20,379 nucleotides of DNA from Octopus sinensis (GCF_006345805.1 NW_021825831.1:1-20379), one strand, 5' to 3'. Positions 8,511 to 18,289 are shown, counted from the first letter of the stretch. Notes: generated by a model from the sequence alone, not told the origin. Program-made: numbers and translations.

Positions 8511-10910
8511 TAATAATATAATAATAAAATAATAATAATAATAATTGTGTACAGTGCTCAGGTGCACTACAACTCATCTAAAGTGTATATATAATCAGGT
8601 GTAGTTTCGGCGGATTTCGAAAGCATGAGGGCCTTAAAAGATGCAGTGTCATGGCAGTCAACAACTGACGCAGGCAGTTTATTCCATGCTTCAGCAACTC
8701 TGAGCGTGAAAAAATGTTTTCCGAAAGTCATGGGAGCTGTATTGTTTTCTGACTTTGTAGGCATGTCCACGTGTGTTAGACACATGGAGATCAAAAAGGT
8801 GTTCAGTGTTGTTGTTGGTGAGGTGGTTGATAACTTTGTGGGTGTTTACCAAGTCCGTCGCCAAATGCCGGAGCTTCAGTGAATCCATGCCCAGGGAAAC
8901 AAGGCGCTCAGAATATGGTAGGTGTCTGATGGAGGGTATGCGTTTGGTTGCACGTCTCTGGACAGATTCCAGGAGGTCAATGTTCTGTGCAAGATAGGGG
9001 TTCCAAACTGATGATGCGAATTCCAAGTGTGGTCGTACCATAGCTGTATACAGTTTTAAATAGATGGCTGGAGAGCGGCTAACAAAAGACCTGCTGAGTG
9101 ATGCCAAGACACCCTCGGCCTTCCTGACAATCTTAGAGATATGCTTTGACCAACGCAAATCACTGCTGACAGTGATGCCTAGGTCACGCTCGCAAGAGGA
9201 TTTCTTGATATCAGTGTTGTGGAGGGAGTATGTGAACGCAGGGTTTTTTCTCCCAAAATGCATGGTGGTACACTTGTCCACAGCCAGTTTCAGTTGCCAG
9301 TCTGTGATCCATTGCTGCATTGTGTCTAGGTCTGATTGCAGGAAAGAGTTGTAGACATCAGGATCTGTCCTCTTGATTTCAAGGTACAGCTTGATGTCGT
9401 CTGCATATTTCAATACTGTGGCATTCTTTAATTGGCATCTATGTCGTTAATGTATGCCACAAACAAGAGGGGACCAAGGACAGATCCCTGTGGTACACCC
9501 GATGACATCTCATATGGTGTAGAGTGCTGTCCTAGAACTGTGACTACCTCCTTTCGGCTGAGGATGAAGGATTTCAACCAGTTAAAAAGGTCATCCCCCA
9601 CACCCATTGCAGAGAGTTTCACCATAAGCCTTTTGTGTGGCACAGAGTTGAAAGCCTTAGCAAAGTCAAGGTAGACAACATCCACCCATGAGCCACTGTC
9701 AGTAATCTGAGTAATGTCCTCAAGGAACTCGACAAGCTGGTCACTGCAGCTGGAGTTAGGGACAAATCCATATTGTGAGGGTCGGATGAGACTGTGAGAG
9801 CTCCAGAAGTTCCAGAGTGTTTCTCTGACACACGATTCCATCAGTTTTGCAATACAGCTAGTGAGACTGACTGGGCGATAGTTGACAGGTGATGTGCGGT
9901 CGCCCTTTTTGAACAGAGGAATGACACTGGCAGTTTTCCACTGCTCCGGAGTAGCACCATTGTTGAGACAGTACTGGAAGAAAATAGAAAGCTGGTGTAA
10001 AAGGAAGTGCCTGCCACGTTTGAGAAGCAGGTATGTAACTCCATCGAGACCAGGGGAGGCATAGTTGCGCTTATTTTGAAGGTGACGTCGCAGCATTGCA
10101 GGTGTAAATTCCATAGTTGTTATGGAGTTTGCTGTTAGTGATGGTGAAGATGGTACATTTTGACTTTCAACAGTGAATATGTTTGCATAGCACTCGGCAA
10201 TGAGTTCTGCGCATTCCTTGGGGTCGTCAGTGATCTGGTTTGTGTGAGGGTTGCGAAGAGGGCCCACTGGAGAGTGAGGTCTCTGCTTTGAGTGCACATA
10301 TTTCCAGAAAACCTTGCTGTCAGGATTGGCTGCTATGCACTGTTCAAATTCAAGCACTGCTTTTTTTGTCACCTGCTTGAGATGGTTGGAGGATTTATTT
10401 CCGCTTCTTCCTGTTGGTGTCTGATTTATGCAACCTGTATTCCCGTTCAGCAGTCCGACGTTCCCTCCTGGCAAGTCGGACCGCTGAAGTTTCCCAAATT
10501 GCCCTTTTGGGGCGGTTCTTCTTTTTTTGTTTACGTGGCACTGATGCTGCACATGCTGCCCATATTGAGTCCAGGATACTCTGGAGTATAGTATTCACAT
10601 CTCCAGAGTTGTAGAATTCACGCCAGTTTGGGTGCTGTAGTTCAGTGTGGTACAGGTTCCAATCTGCTCTCTTCCAATCGAAGGAAGCAGATTGGAGATG
10701 GTTCAGGTTTTTGTTGCCCGCAAGAGCCAGATTGGCGATGATCATAGCATGATCAGAGTCACCTAGAGGTTCCTCCGTAGTGCAATTGATAACCGTAGTG
10801 CAATTGATAATTGATAACCGTAGTGCAATTGATAATTGAATCAATCTATCTAACAATGTTCTTCCTGTCAGAGGACAAGAGAGAAGAGGTGCTCTGCGAT
10901 CATGCTAGAA
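8511..10910 (-). mobile_element. CR1-clade LINE, 5'-truncated within the endonuclease domain, with short 3' UTR and (TTA)n tail
   Basis: Endonuclease C-terminus (EEPLGDSDH). RT motifs: SPGLDGV, WKTASVIPLFKKG, NYRPVSLTS, QYGF, YLDFAKAFNSVPH, GVPQGSVLGPLLF, YADD. CR1 C-terminus VRPHLEFASSVWNP...VQRRATK...FF.RV...WN.LP. Stop at 8567, ~22-nt UTR, ATT-repeat tail at 8545-8511. Confidence 0.96.
8567..10910 (-). pseudogene. CR1 ORF2 (APE endonuclease remnant plus reverse transcriptase), frameshifted
   Basis: Frames join after undoing +1 A at ~10398-10400 (CGG AAT AAA TCC), -1 T at ~9430 (AAT TTA AAG AAT, giving DANLKNATVLKYADD) and +1 A at 8717-8720 (CGG AAA CAT TTT TTC). No true in-frame stop between 10856 and 8567. 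Confidence 0.92.
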
Positions 10911-11649
10911 ATAGAGACCAAGCACTTCCATGGAGGATGAATGGCATGCTGGCTTGCATGGATGGATGATTTGGCTGGTGGCTGGATGTATACATACAAA
11001 ACGCCTGCTGTATGTATATATTTATACAGTTGTTATTTCGTTCGTCTCTCCTCTCCATCATTTCTTCTCCAATCCATTTTCCGTTTCGAAAATCTAGCAT
11101 TTTTCGCTTCCAGGTAAGATTACAATCAAAGGGAGAGAATTCTCCAAATGTAACAGTTTACGTTAAGAGTGATTTCCCTTGAGACTGAAAACTCTTCGCG
11201 TTTACAAAATTTTCTTTTCTCTTTCGGAGCAAAATTTCGTTCCATCTTTCTGTCCGTGTGTCGTTCTTTCTGCGTCTATTTATCTGTATCCCTGATTGTG
11301 TGTATTTATATCTCTGTGTCTGTGCATGCATGCATGCCTGTTTGTGTGTCTGTATTTATGTATGTATACATGTATGTGTGTACGTATGTATGTATGCGTA
11401 TGTGTTTGTGTGTGTATGTACATGCATACAAATACTCTTTGGGTCAAAGTGAGAAAGTGGCGATGATGGTGGGGTTTGGACCGCAGCTTCTGCTGCAAAT
11501 ACTAATACTACTCCAACTACTAATACTGCTACTGCTTGTAGCAGTAGTAGTAGTAGCAGCAGCAGCAGCACTATACATGGAGGATATAAACTTGTTTTTC
11601 CCCTGATATCGATGTTATACATTCATGTGTGTGTGTGTGTGTGTGTTTT

Positions 11650-11830
11650 ATTGCACATTACTCAAATGAAAAGCTGAGGACCGCATCTATTTCATGCCAG
11701 TGGATGCGACCCTAGTCTGCCTCTTTCAGTTCAAACCAAGAGGGACCAATTGCTTCCACCTTCATCCTTCACGCACTCTTTTCACATCTTCTTCGCTGTT
11801 TCCATGAGAATTTGGTTTTCTGATTGAGGT
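11650..11830 (-). mobile_element. Possible ancient RTE/RTE-X ORF C-terminal remnant
   Basis: Minus frame reads KTKFSWKQ...RMKVEAIGPSWFELKEAD*GRIHWHEIDAVLS, loosely like 'RPK.TW....E...G.SW.E....A.DR..W...V.AL'. Weak. Confidence 0.3.
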
Positions 11831-12327
11831 TGTTAGCTGCAAGTCAGCCTCTTTAGGCTCGATGACAGGTGGATTGCCATCGGTCAGTCTGGTGCGGGTA
11901 ACCCTGCCAAGAGCTTAAGCTCTCACTAACATTTCCTTTTGGGTTATAGACTCATCCCGGCCCTCCTCTGTTGCGACGCAGTAGCAATCGTTCTGTGGAG
12001 CTGTGTCTATGGTAGTAAAAGATAGTGTTATTACAAGAGGTTCTTTTTTTTCTTTTAATGAAGAGAATCTATGGAAGAAAGAGGTTTTACTACCTGTAGA
12101 TCCAGAGATCAGACACTCTAATTAGAAAGAGTATGGCAGAAGAACCTATTAATGACCTGCAAGATAATTAGAAGCGGATATAACATTCTTCAAATTTATG
12201 ACTAAACAGGGCATTGTTGTTAACAATCGTTGTTGTGACACATCATTTAGCAACGGTGATGCTGAATAATTAAATTCGCTTTTCCACAAAGTGATCATCG
12301 CAATCAATTCTGTGCAACAATCGATAA

Positions 12328-12825
12328 AATGAATTTATAGATTCATTTACAAATGGAATGTGTCACACCATCTTAAAAATTCGTGTATTGCGTTCTTTTA
12401 CACAGATTAGGAAAAACAAGGGAATATTTTTAAATAAAAGAATTTATAAAGATGAAGTAGATTTCTTCAGTATAGACTGTAAAGGACCAAGGTTTGTTGG
12501 AAGCCTTGGGAAATGGAGAAGATGGAATGAATTGTATGTTGAAGGGTTGTTTATGGTGAATCGAGACAGCTTCCCGGTTGCTCATTTACAAACAGACGAA
12601 TGTCCTGTTCAAGTAAAAGATTTTGATGTCTCTGAGGAAGGAAAGACAGTTGTGTGTGAAAAAGCCAATAATGGAAATGTTAAAATATTTTATGAAGACG
12701 GCCAGTTGCTATGTCACAGAAATGTTGCAGGTTTAGTTGGTGGTGTGTGTTTTACACAAGAATCACACATAATGGCCACGGTTCCTAAAAGGAAAGAAAT
12801 ATTTCAACTGAATGGAGATTTTCAG
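12328..12825 (+). pseudogene. Beta-propeller (NHL-repeat-like) coding segment, truncated or decayed
   Basis: Open frame of ~165 codons with non-repetitive composition. VKDFDVSEEGKTVVCEKANNGNVKIFYEDGQLL and VGGVCFTQESHIMATVPKRKEIFQLNGD look like two consecutive NHL-type blades. It runs into a SINE head at 12825; upstream frames have stops. Confidence 0.5.
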
Positions 12826-12875
12826 ACCATGTGGTTTGGAAGCAAACTTCTTAAAACACAGCCACTTCGGCGCCT
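12825..12875 (-). mobile_element. SINE 5' head fragment
   Basis: GACCATGTGGTTTGGAAGCAAACTTCTTAAAACACAGCCACTTCGGCGCCT is the reverse complement of the head of the major SINE (compare 18625-18663). Confidence 0.85.
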
Positions 12876-12896
12876 ATATATATATATGCATATATT

Positions 12897-13639
12897 TCTT
12901 TATATATATAAAACTGAGAATATGTGTCTGACTGTCTGTCTGTCTGTCTGTCTGTGTGTTTCCCTGAAACTTGAAAACTACACAACCAATTTCATTCGAA
13001 TTTTACACATGCCTTACTTAGGGTCCATGTAGTTTCCTGGGCAAAAAAGTGTTCAACTTCTTGCCTAGAGTGAGCCCATAGCAATATCATATCTTCTCCA
13101 CTATTTCAGTATTACGTATTAAAAGTGAAACATAAATATTTCTCTATTTTATGTCAGATGCTTTCACTTTAACAATAAAAATAATAATAACAATTGAATT
13201 ATATGTAGTAAGTAATAATTAGAATCAAACTAAGTATAATATAATCGTAACATAATAATAAAAATAGCAATTGGTATAAAATTGTATCAATGATTGAACT
13301 TGAATAAGTGGTTTCACATGAATGGGAATAAATTAAAAATAAAATTAGCGTGCAGAAATGGAAATGTCCAGATGGATAATAAAAAATTAAATTAAGGAAA
13401 AGACTATTGTCTATAAAGTATACAATGTAGAGAAAACAGAAGACTAACAATTTCAGTCTGTTATATATTTTCAGTATTGTTATCACTAGTGATATCAAGA
13501 TATAACTTTGTATTTTGCATTTTGTGTGTATATATATATATATATATATAATAGATGTACATGTAATATGTACACATATATATACACATATATACAAGCA
13601 CTGGCACTATGACCCGCAACGACGGGTCTTTAATGCTAG
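12897..13639 (+). mobile_element. Non-autonomous Helitron (~743 bp)
   Basis: 5' end TC-TTTATATATATAAAACTGAG followed by (CTGT)n. 3' hairpin GACCCG-caacga-CGGGTC (13611-13628), 7 nt, then CTAG (13636-13639) followed by T. No TSD. Sits in TA-rich DNA. Confidence 0.8.
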
Positions 13640-13694
13640 TATACATATATATATATACATACATATATATATACATATATATATATATACATAC

Positions 13695-13770
<76 letters not shown>

Positions 13771-14012
13771 TCCATATGTATATATACATACATATATATA
13801 TATATATATACATACATATATATACATATACATACATATATATATATATACATACATATATATACTTATATACATACATATATATATTTATATATATTTA
13901 TATACACATATATATATACATACACACCACAACATATATTATATATATATATATATTATGTATATATATACTACATATATTTTATATACCTATATTACAC
14001 ATACATATATAT
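13640..14012. repeat. Long (TA)n/(TACA)n microsatellite
   Basis: Direct reading; source of many spurious Y/I-rich ORFs. Confidence 0.97.
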
Positions 14013-14095
14013 ACGACAGGCTTCTTTCAGTTTCTGCCTGCCAAATCCACTGAGAAGGCTTTGGTCAGCCTGAGGCTATAGTAGAAGACACTTGC
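14011..14095 (-). mobile_element. SINE internal fragment (major family)
   Basis: ACGACAGGCTTCTTTCAGTTTC...GAGGCTATAGTAGAAGACACTTGC aligns with 6233-6306. Confidence 0.88.
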
Positions 14096-14121
14096 TTATG
14101 TATATATGTGTGTATGTGTGT

Positions 14122-14600
14122 ATTATCATCTTTTAATGTCCATTGTCCATGCAGGCATGGGTTGGACGATTTGACCAGGGCTGGTAAGCTGGAAGATTGC
14201 TCCAGATCCCAGTTTGATTTGGCTTGGTTTCTATGGCTGGATGCCCTTCCTAATAACAAACCACTCTGAGAGTGTAATTGGTACTTGTACGTGCCACTGG
14301 CACAGGTGCCATTTGCGTGACACCAGCATCTTCCACAACTGTGATTTTACTTGGCTTGATGGTTCTTCTTCTCAACTACGACATAATGCCAACGATCTCG
14401 GGGTCATCTGTCATTGCCTCCCTGAGGCTGAACTCTTGAGAGGAGCTTTTCACATGACACCAATGTTGGCCTCTGCGGCACCCGACACCCGGATGCTGCT
14501 TCCGTGTGCCAGTTCCATCACATCCGCATCAGCCATGATTAGGATTTCATTTGTTCTGATGGCTCTTCTCAACAAAAAAAAGTTCTGGATTCTTTTCAAC
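14122..14600 (-). mobile_element. RTE 3' UTR and tail fragment(s)
   Basis: ATCATCTTTTAATGTCCATTGTCCATGCAGGCATGGGTTGGACGATTTGACC...GGATGCCCTTCCTAA is the reverse complement of the terminus at 19740-19882. Similarity is weaker beyond ~14420. Confidence 0.75.
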
Positions 14601-14612
14601 TGACTAAAAATT

Positions 14613-14670
14613 CTCCAGGATTGTGCCCCAGCATGGCCGTACTCTAATGATTAAAACAGAGAAAAGAGAA
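14613..14670 (+). mobile_element. SINE 3'-tail remnant
   Basis: GTGCCCCAGCATGGCCGTACTCTAATGATTAAAACAGAGAAAAGA matches the major SINE tail. Confidence 0.6.
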
Positions 14671-14959
14671 CGAAAAAGATGTGTGTACATACACAGGCTT
14701 GCATATATGTATGTGTGTGTGTGTGTGTGTGTGTGTATAAATATACTGACATGTATGCCTATTGTCATTGACCTCTTTTATAACCTCTCACCCCTTTAAC
14801 ACTCATATCACCCCTTTCCCTCTCTGCCACTAATCTGTCCTAATCTCTCTTGCTCTTGCCATTACTTATCTCTCATCCACTCCTCCCTCCTAACAATCTC
14901 ACCCTAATCTGCTGGGGGTGTCACTAAGGATGACAGTGGTTCTCTCTTTTCTGTTTGTC

Positions 14960-15251
14960 AGGCATTTCAATTACTTTGCCGTGTGGCACATTGCTGTACT
15001 TGAGAAGAGACCTGTCCACCACACTTGAAATGATCTCCTAAAACCAAGGGGCCACATAAAAAGCATTGGTGATGGGGCCATGTAAAAGCACCCAGTACAT
15101 TCTGTAAAGTGGTTGGTGTTCGGAAGGGCATTCAGCTGTAGAAACCAACCCCAAACAGGCCATGGAACCTGGTTCAGCCCCTGGCTTTACATCTGCTATT
15201 GGACTGTCCAACCCATTCCACAATGGAAAATGGACGTTACATGATAATGGG

Positions 15252-15270
<19 letters not shown>
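14960..15270 (+). mobile_element. RTE 3' UTR with (GAT)n tail
   Basis: CCATGTAAAAGCACCCAGTACATTCTGTAAAGTGGTTGG...GGAAGGGCATTCAGCTGTAGAAACC...CTGTCCAACCCAT...ATGGAAAATGGACGTTA followed by (GAT)n. Confidence 0.8.
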
Positions 15271-15284
<14 letters not shown>

Positions 15285-16074
15285 GGTGGTGGTGATTGCT
15301 TTTACTGTTGTTCTTGTTTACCATACAGCTGTATTCTGTCCCTCTGCCTATTGCTCATCTCTCATCCCCCCCTGTCACTCAGTCCCCCTCTCAACCCATA
15401 CTGTACCCAGCTTCAATGTGAACTGAAGATGGTAGCAGCCTTCCCTTTTGTTCGCTCAGCACTGGCATCCAGTAACTGCACCTGTTTGGACCTTCTGCTC
15501 CACCTCTCATTCCCCTGGGCCACTTCCTGGTACCAAATCCGATTATTTTCCATCCACCATACCATCAGCCTTATTAGTCAACCCTCCAACCCATCTACCT
15601 GTCACCCCTTGTACCCAGTTCACTCTACCTTCACCTCCCCTCCCTTCCACCTTGTCTACCCCTAAGCTCCTATTGCTTTCCCCCCTGGCCTCTGTCTTCC
15701 TTTGGTCTTCTTTTTACCCCTTGGGCCACATAGGCTTGCCCCACCTCCCTGCCAGCTCCCTCATATTACCTTCAATCTTTGTACCCAGCTTACGATACTA
15801 TCTACTCCTGCCACTCCCTTAACTCGCATCCCGGGCATCACAATCACTCGAGCATCTCACTCTGTATAGAAGCAAATGAGTGCGGGGAGGGGAGGTGGTT
15901 GTGAGTTTGGTCATGGGTGTGGACAGGCGGTTGTGTTCGTGGAAGGGGCAGTTGCGAGTACAGGCAGGGTCCTTAGTACCAGATTCAATCACAAGGCTTC
16001 AGATCATTATAAAATTTATTTGAAATGTGGATAAGTAAATAATTGAAGCTGATTATGTATAACACCTGTGTGCT

Positions 16075-16200
16075 ATCATCATCACCATCATCATCATTGT
16101 CATCATTTTAATATCCTGTTTTCCGTTGTTTTGTGGGTTAGAATTTGTTCAGGTGGATTTTTCTACGGCCAAATACTGTTTCTGTTGCCGACACTCACCT
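16075..16200 (-). mobile_element. Diverged RTE-type 3' end
   Basis: (CAT)n followed by TTTTAATATCCTGTTTTCC...GGGTTAGA and TTCTACGGCC, consistent with the antisense RTE terminus. Confidence 0.5.
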
Positions 16201-16420
16201 GTCTGGGCGAGGTAATAATACACTAGTTTGTCAGTCAACCAACAACTGAGACTGTTATGAAGTCTTCTGTGTTTACAATGATCGGGTAACATGTGAAGAC
16301 ATGTCAAAAAGCCTGGACTGCAAGCATGCTTCACTGACCGTATTGGTAGCAAAGCTGTTTACGGTCAACAGAGACAGCAAGAAATACCAAATCACCCACA
16401 CAAACACAAACACACATGTA

Positions 16421-16847
16421 CAGCTCATTGTTGACTTACGACCACAATTGTTTCCGACTGACCGGTCATAAGTCGGCCCATGGGCCTACATAGCTTTCTT
16501 TTATATTTTTACATTCCTAAGGGACATTCGCAGGTAGAAGTCACACACAGTATTCTGTATTGTACTATTATACTGGCATTAGTCAAAAATTTCAGTCTCA
16601 AGCAATCGTCTTATAACAAACACGAGGTTGCCTCGATGTCTCCGCGACAGGATTTTCATTCAACACTTGGGATAACCACAGTAGCGATCAATAACCAAAC
16701 CTAGGAGAGGCATTTATTAGCTAACACCATCTGTAGACAGGTTATTTCTAAGAAATTAAACCCATTGGACTATTTATTATTGTTGGCGTACTAATTGTCA
16801 TAAAGTCAATCTGTCGTAAGTCAGAAAGGTCATAAGTCGATGACCTG
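16421..16847. mobile_element. pogo/Tigger-like MITE (427 bp)
   Basis: TA|CAGCTCATTGTTGACTTACGACC ... GGTCATAAGTCGATGACCTG|TA. Imperfect ~20-23 bp TIRs, TA on both sides, internal copies of GTCRTAAGTC near 16465 and 16813. Confidence 0.8.
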
Positions 16848-16919
16848 TATGCATGTTTTCTCTTTACCATTCTGGTACTGTCACGTTGTCAGGGATCACA
16901 AAGACTGTTGAGTGTTGTT

Positions 16920-17040
16920 GAGGCCATAACAACCTCATTAGTGTTGGTGCCATGATATAAAAATGAACCCAGGACCCTGTGTAAAGTAGCTAATGTTAGA
17001 AAGGGCACGTAGCCTTAGAAGCCATGCCAGATATAGAATG
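16920..17040 (+). mobile_element. Old RTE 3' UTR remnant
   Basis: GTTGGTGCCATGATATAAAAATGAACCCAGGACCCTGTGTAAAGTAG...AGAAAGGGCACGTAGCCTTAGAAGCCATGCC is a diverged match to 15070-15150. Confidence 0.5.
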
Positions 17041-17141
17041 TATGAGAGAGGTGTGTTCCTCCATTAGGTGAAGAGGATAATTTAAAATATTTTTGTAGAG
17101 TCTACTTCTGAGATGGCATCTGTGTCTGGTGTCTTTCCCAT

Positions 17142-17330
17142 AACACTTAAGCTTTTAAACCGGCCATGTCCGGCCCAGTTATTCTACCTGCTTTTTGTTC
17201 AAACTGGTCAGACCTGGCTTCTTGCAACCACCTTGCAAAAACCTTCTAAAACCATACAATCACACCATCAGAATCCGAAAGTGAAGAGATAATGTTTGAT
17301 TAATTGGAAACAATCTTATAATAATTCTTC
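17142..17330. mobile_element. Probable MITE fragment (piggyBac-like, tentative)
   Basis: TAACACTTAAGCTTTTAAACCGGCCATGTCCGGCCC... resembles a recalled TTAA|CCCTTTAGCATTTAAACCGG octopus repeat. The other terminus is not visible; the fragment abuts a SINE. Confidence 0.35.
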
Positions 17331-17334
17331 AAAA

Positions 17335-17703
17335 GGCACAGGAGTGGCTTTGTGGTAAGTAGCTTGCTTACCAACCACATGGTTCTGAGTTCAGTCCCAT
17401 TGCATGGCACCTTGGGCAAGTGTCTTCTACTATAGCCTCAGGCTGACCAAGGCCTGAGTGGATTTGGTAGATGAAAGCTAAAAGAAACTCATTGTATATA
17501 TGTGTGTGTGTCTGTTTGGCCCCACCAAGATCACTTGACAACCAATAGTGGTGTGTTTAAGGACCCGTAACTTAGCAGTTCAGCAAAAGAGACTGATAGA
17601 ATAAGTATTAGGCTTACTAGGAATAAGTCCTTGGGTTGATTTGTTCAACTAAAGGCAGTGCTCCAGCATGGCTGCAGCCAAATTGCTGAAACAAATAAAA
17701 GAA
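17335..17703 (+). mobile_element. Full-length tRNA-derived SINE (major family)
   Basis: Head GGCACAGGAGTGGCTTTGTGGTAAGTAGCTTG with B-box-like GAGTTCAGTCCC, core TTGGGCAAGTGTCTTCTACTATAGCC, central (TG)n, tail GTGCTCCAGCATGGC...GAAACAAATAAAAGA. Confidence 0.92.
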
Positions 17704-17829
17704 TGTCACACTGTTTCTCAGCCTGTCCATAATGCTTCCACGGGATTAGCTGAAGGGGATGAGAGGAGAGGAAGGAGAGATGGCGGGGAGTGAAGTGTGT
17801 AATTATTTTGTTTTTTTGAACTAACACAC

Positions 17830-18140
17830 ACACAACACAGGCTATGCTTTCCGACTTATTGGATAAAGCTTTCAGGAATAACCCAATAAGTTCGCTGTTA
17901 ATTCCATGAAACATTCACAGGTTCCACTAGTGTGAATCAATAGGTATTATGCTAAATGGTTAATTGTGGCTTTCACTGCGTTTCGCTTGTTATATGCTCC
18001 AGCCATCTTCAGGTGTCTTGTGTTGACCTCTGTTGTATTAGAATTTTGGACCTAATCCTTTATTTGATCCACAATGGTACACTTTTTTCATGCCACCCAG
18101 CTTTCATGGCATATGAATTCCCCCTCCTGTCGCAGGATTA
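17830..18140 (-). mobile_element. Second Penelope-like 3' fragment / terminal repeat
   Basis: Minus strand gives LILRQEGEFICHESWVA* (PLE 'LNRDEG...W' tail-like), followed by AAGACACCTGAAGATGGCTGGAGCATATAACAAGCGAAACG, the same motif layout as 7815-7772. Confidence 0.5.
17974..18017 (-). ncRNA. Degenerate minimal hammerhead ribozyme remnant
   Basis: GACAC-CUGAAGA-u-ggcug-gagcauauaa-caagc-GAAAC-GCA-GUG. CUGANGA and GAAA are intact, 3 bp of helix I remain (CAC/GUG), U16.1 is changed to C, helix II is imperfect. Confidence 0.55.
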
Positions 18141-18142
18141 AC

Positions 18143-18240
18143 TCATTTTTGCCAGCTGAGTGGACTGGAGCAACATGGAATGAAGTGTCTTGCTCAAGGA
18201 CACAATGCATTGCTCGGTCCAGGAACTGAAACCACAATTG
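18143..18240 (-). mobile_element. SINE core fragment (second family)
   Basis: CAGCTGAGTGGACTGGAGCAACATGGAATGAAGTGTCTTGCTCAAGGACACAA aligns with 1822-1860. Confidence 0.7.
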
Positions 18241-18289
18241 GTCTTCAAAGACCAGATGTAGCTGGCCAACTTAGTCGCTTTCCTATATA

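Noticed and set aside
8625-10614. Plus-strand ORFs overlapping the CR1 element
   Set aside because: Antisense shadows of the RT coding frame.
11500-11572. (CTA/CTG)n followed by (GTA/GCA)n forming a rough hairpin
   Set aside because: Adjacent opposite-strand trinucleotide microsatellites with only ~8 bp of perfect pairing.
15350-15870. C/T-rich ORFs (15162-15665, 15448-15822) and a lone CTGAAGA at ~15423
   Set aside because: Low-complexity pyrimidine tract with few stops by composition; no GAAAC partner for a hammerhead.
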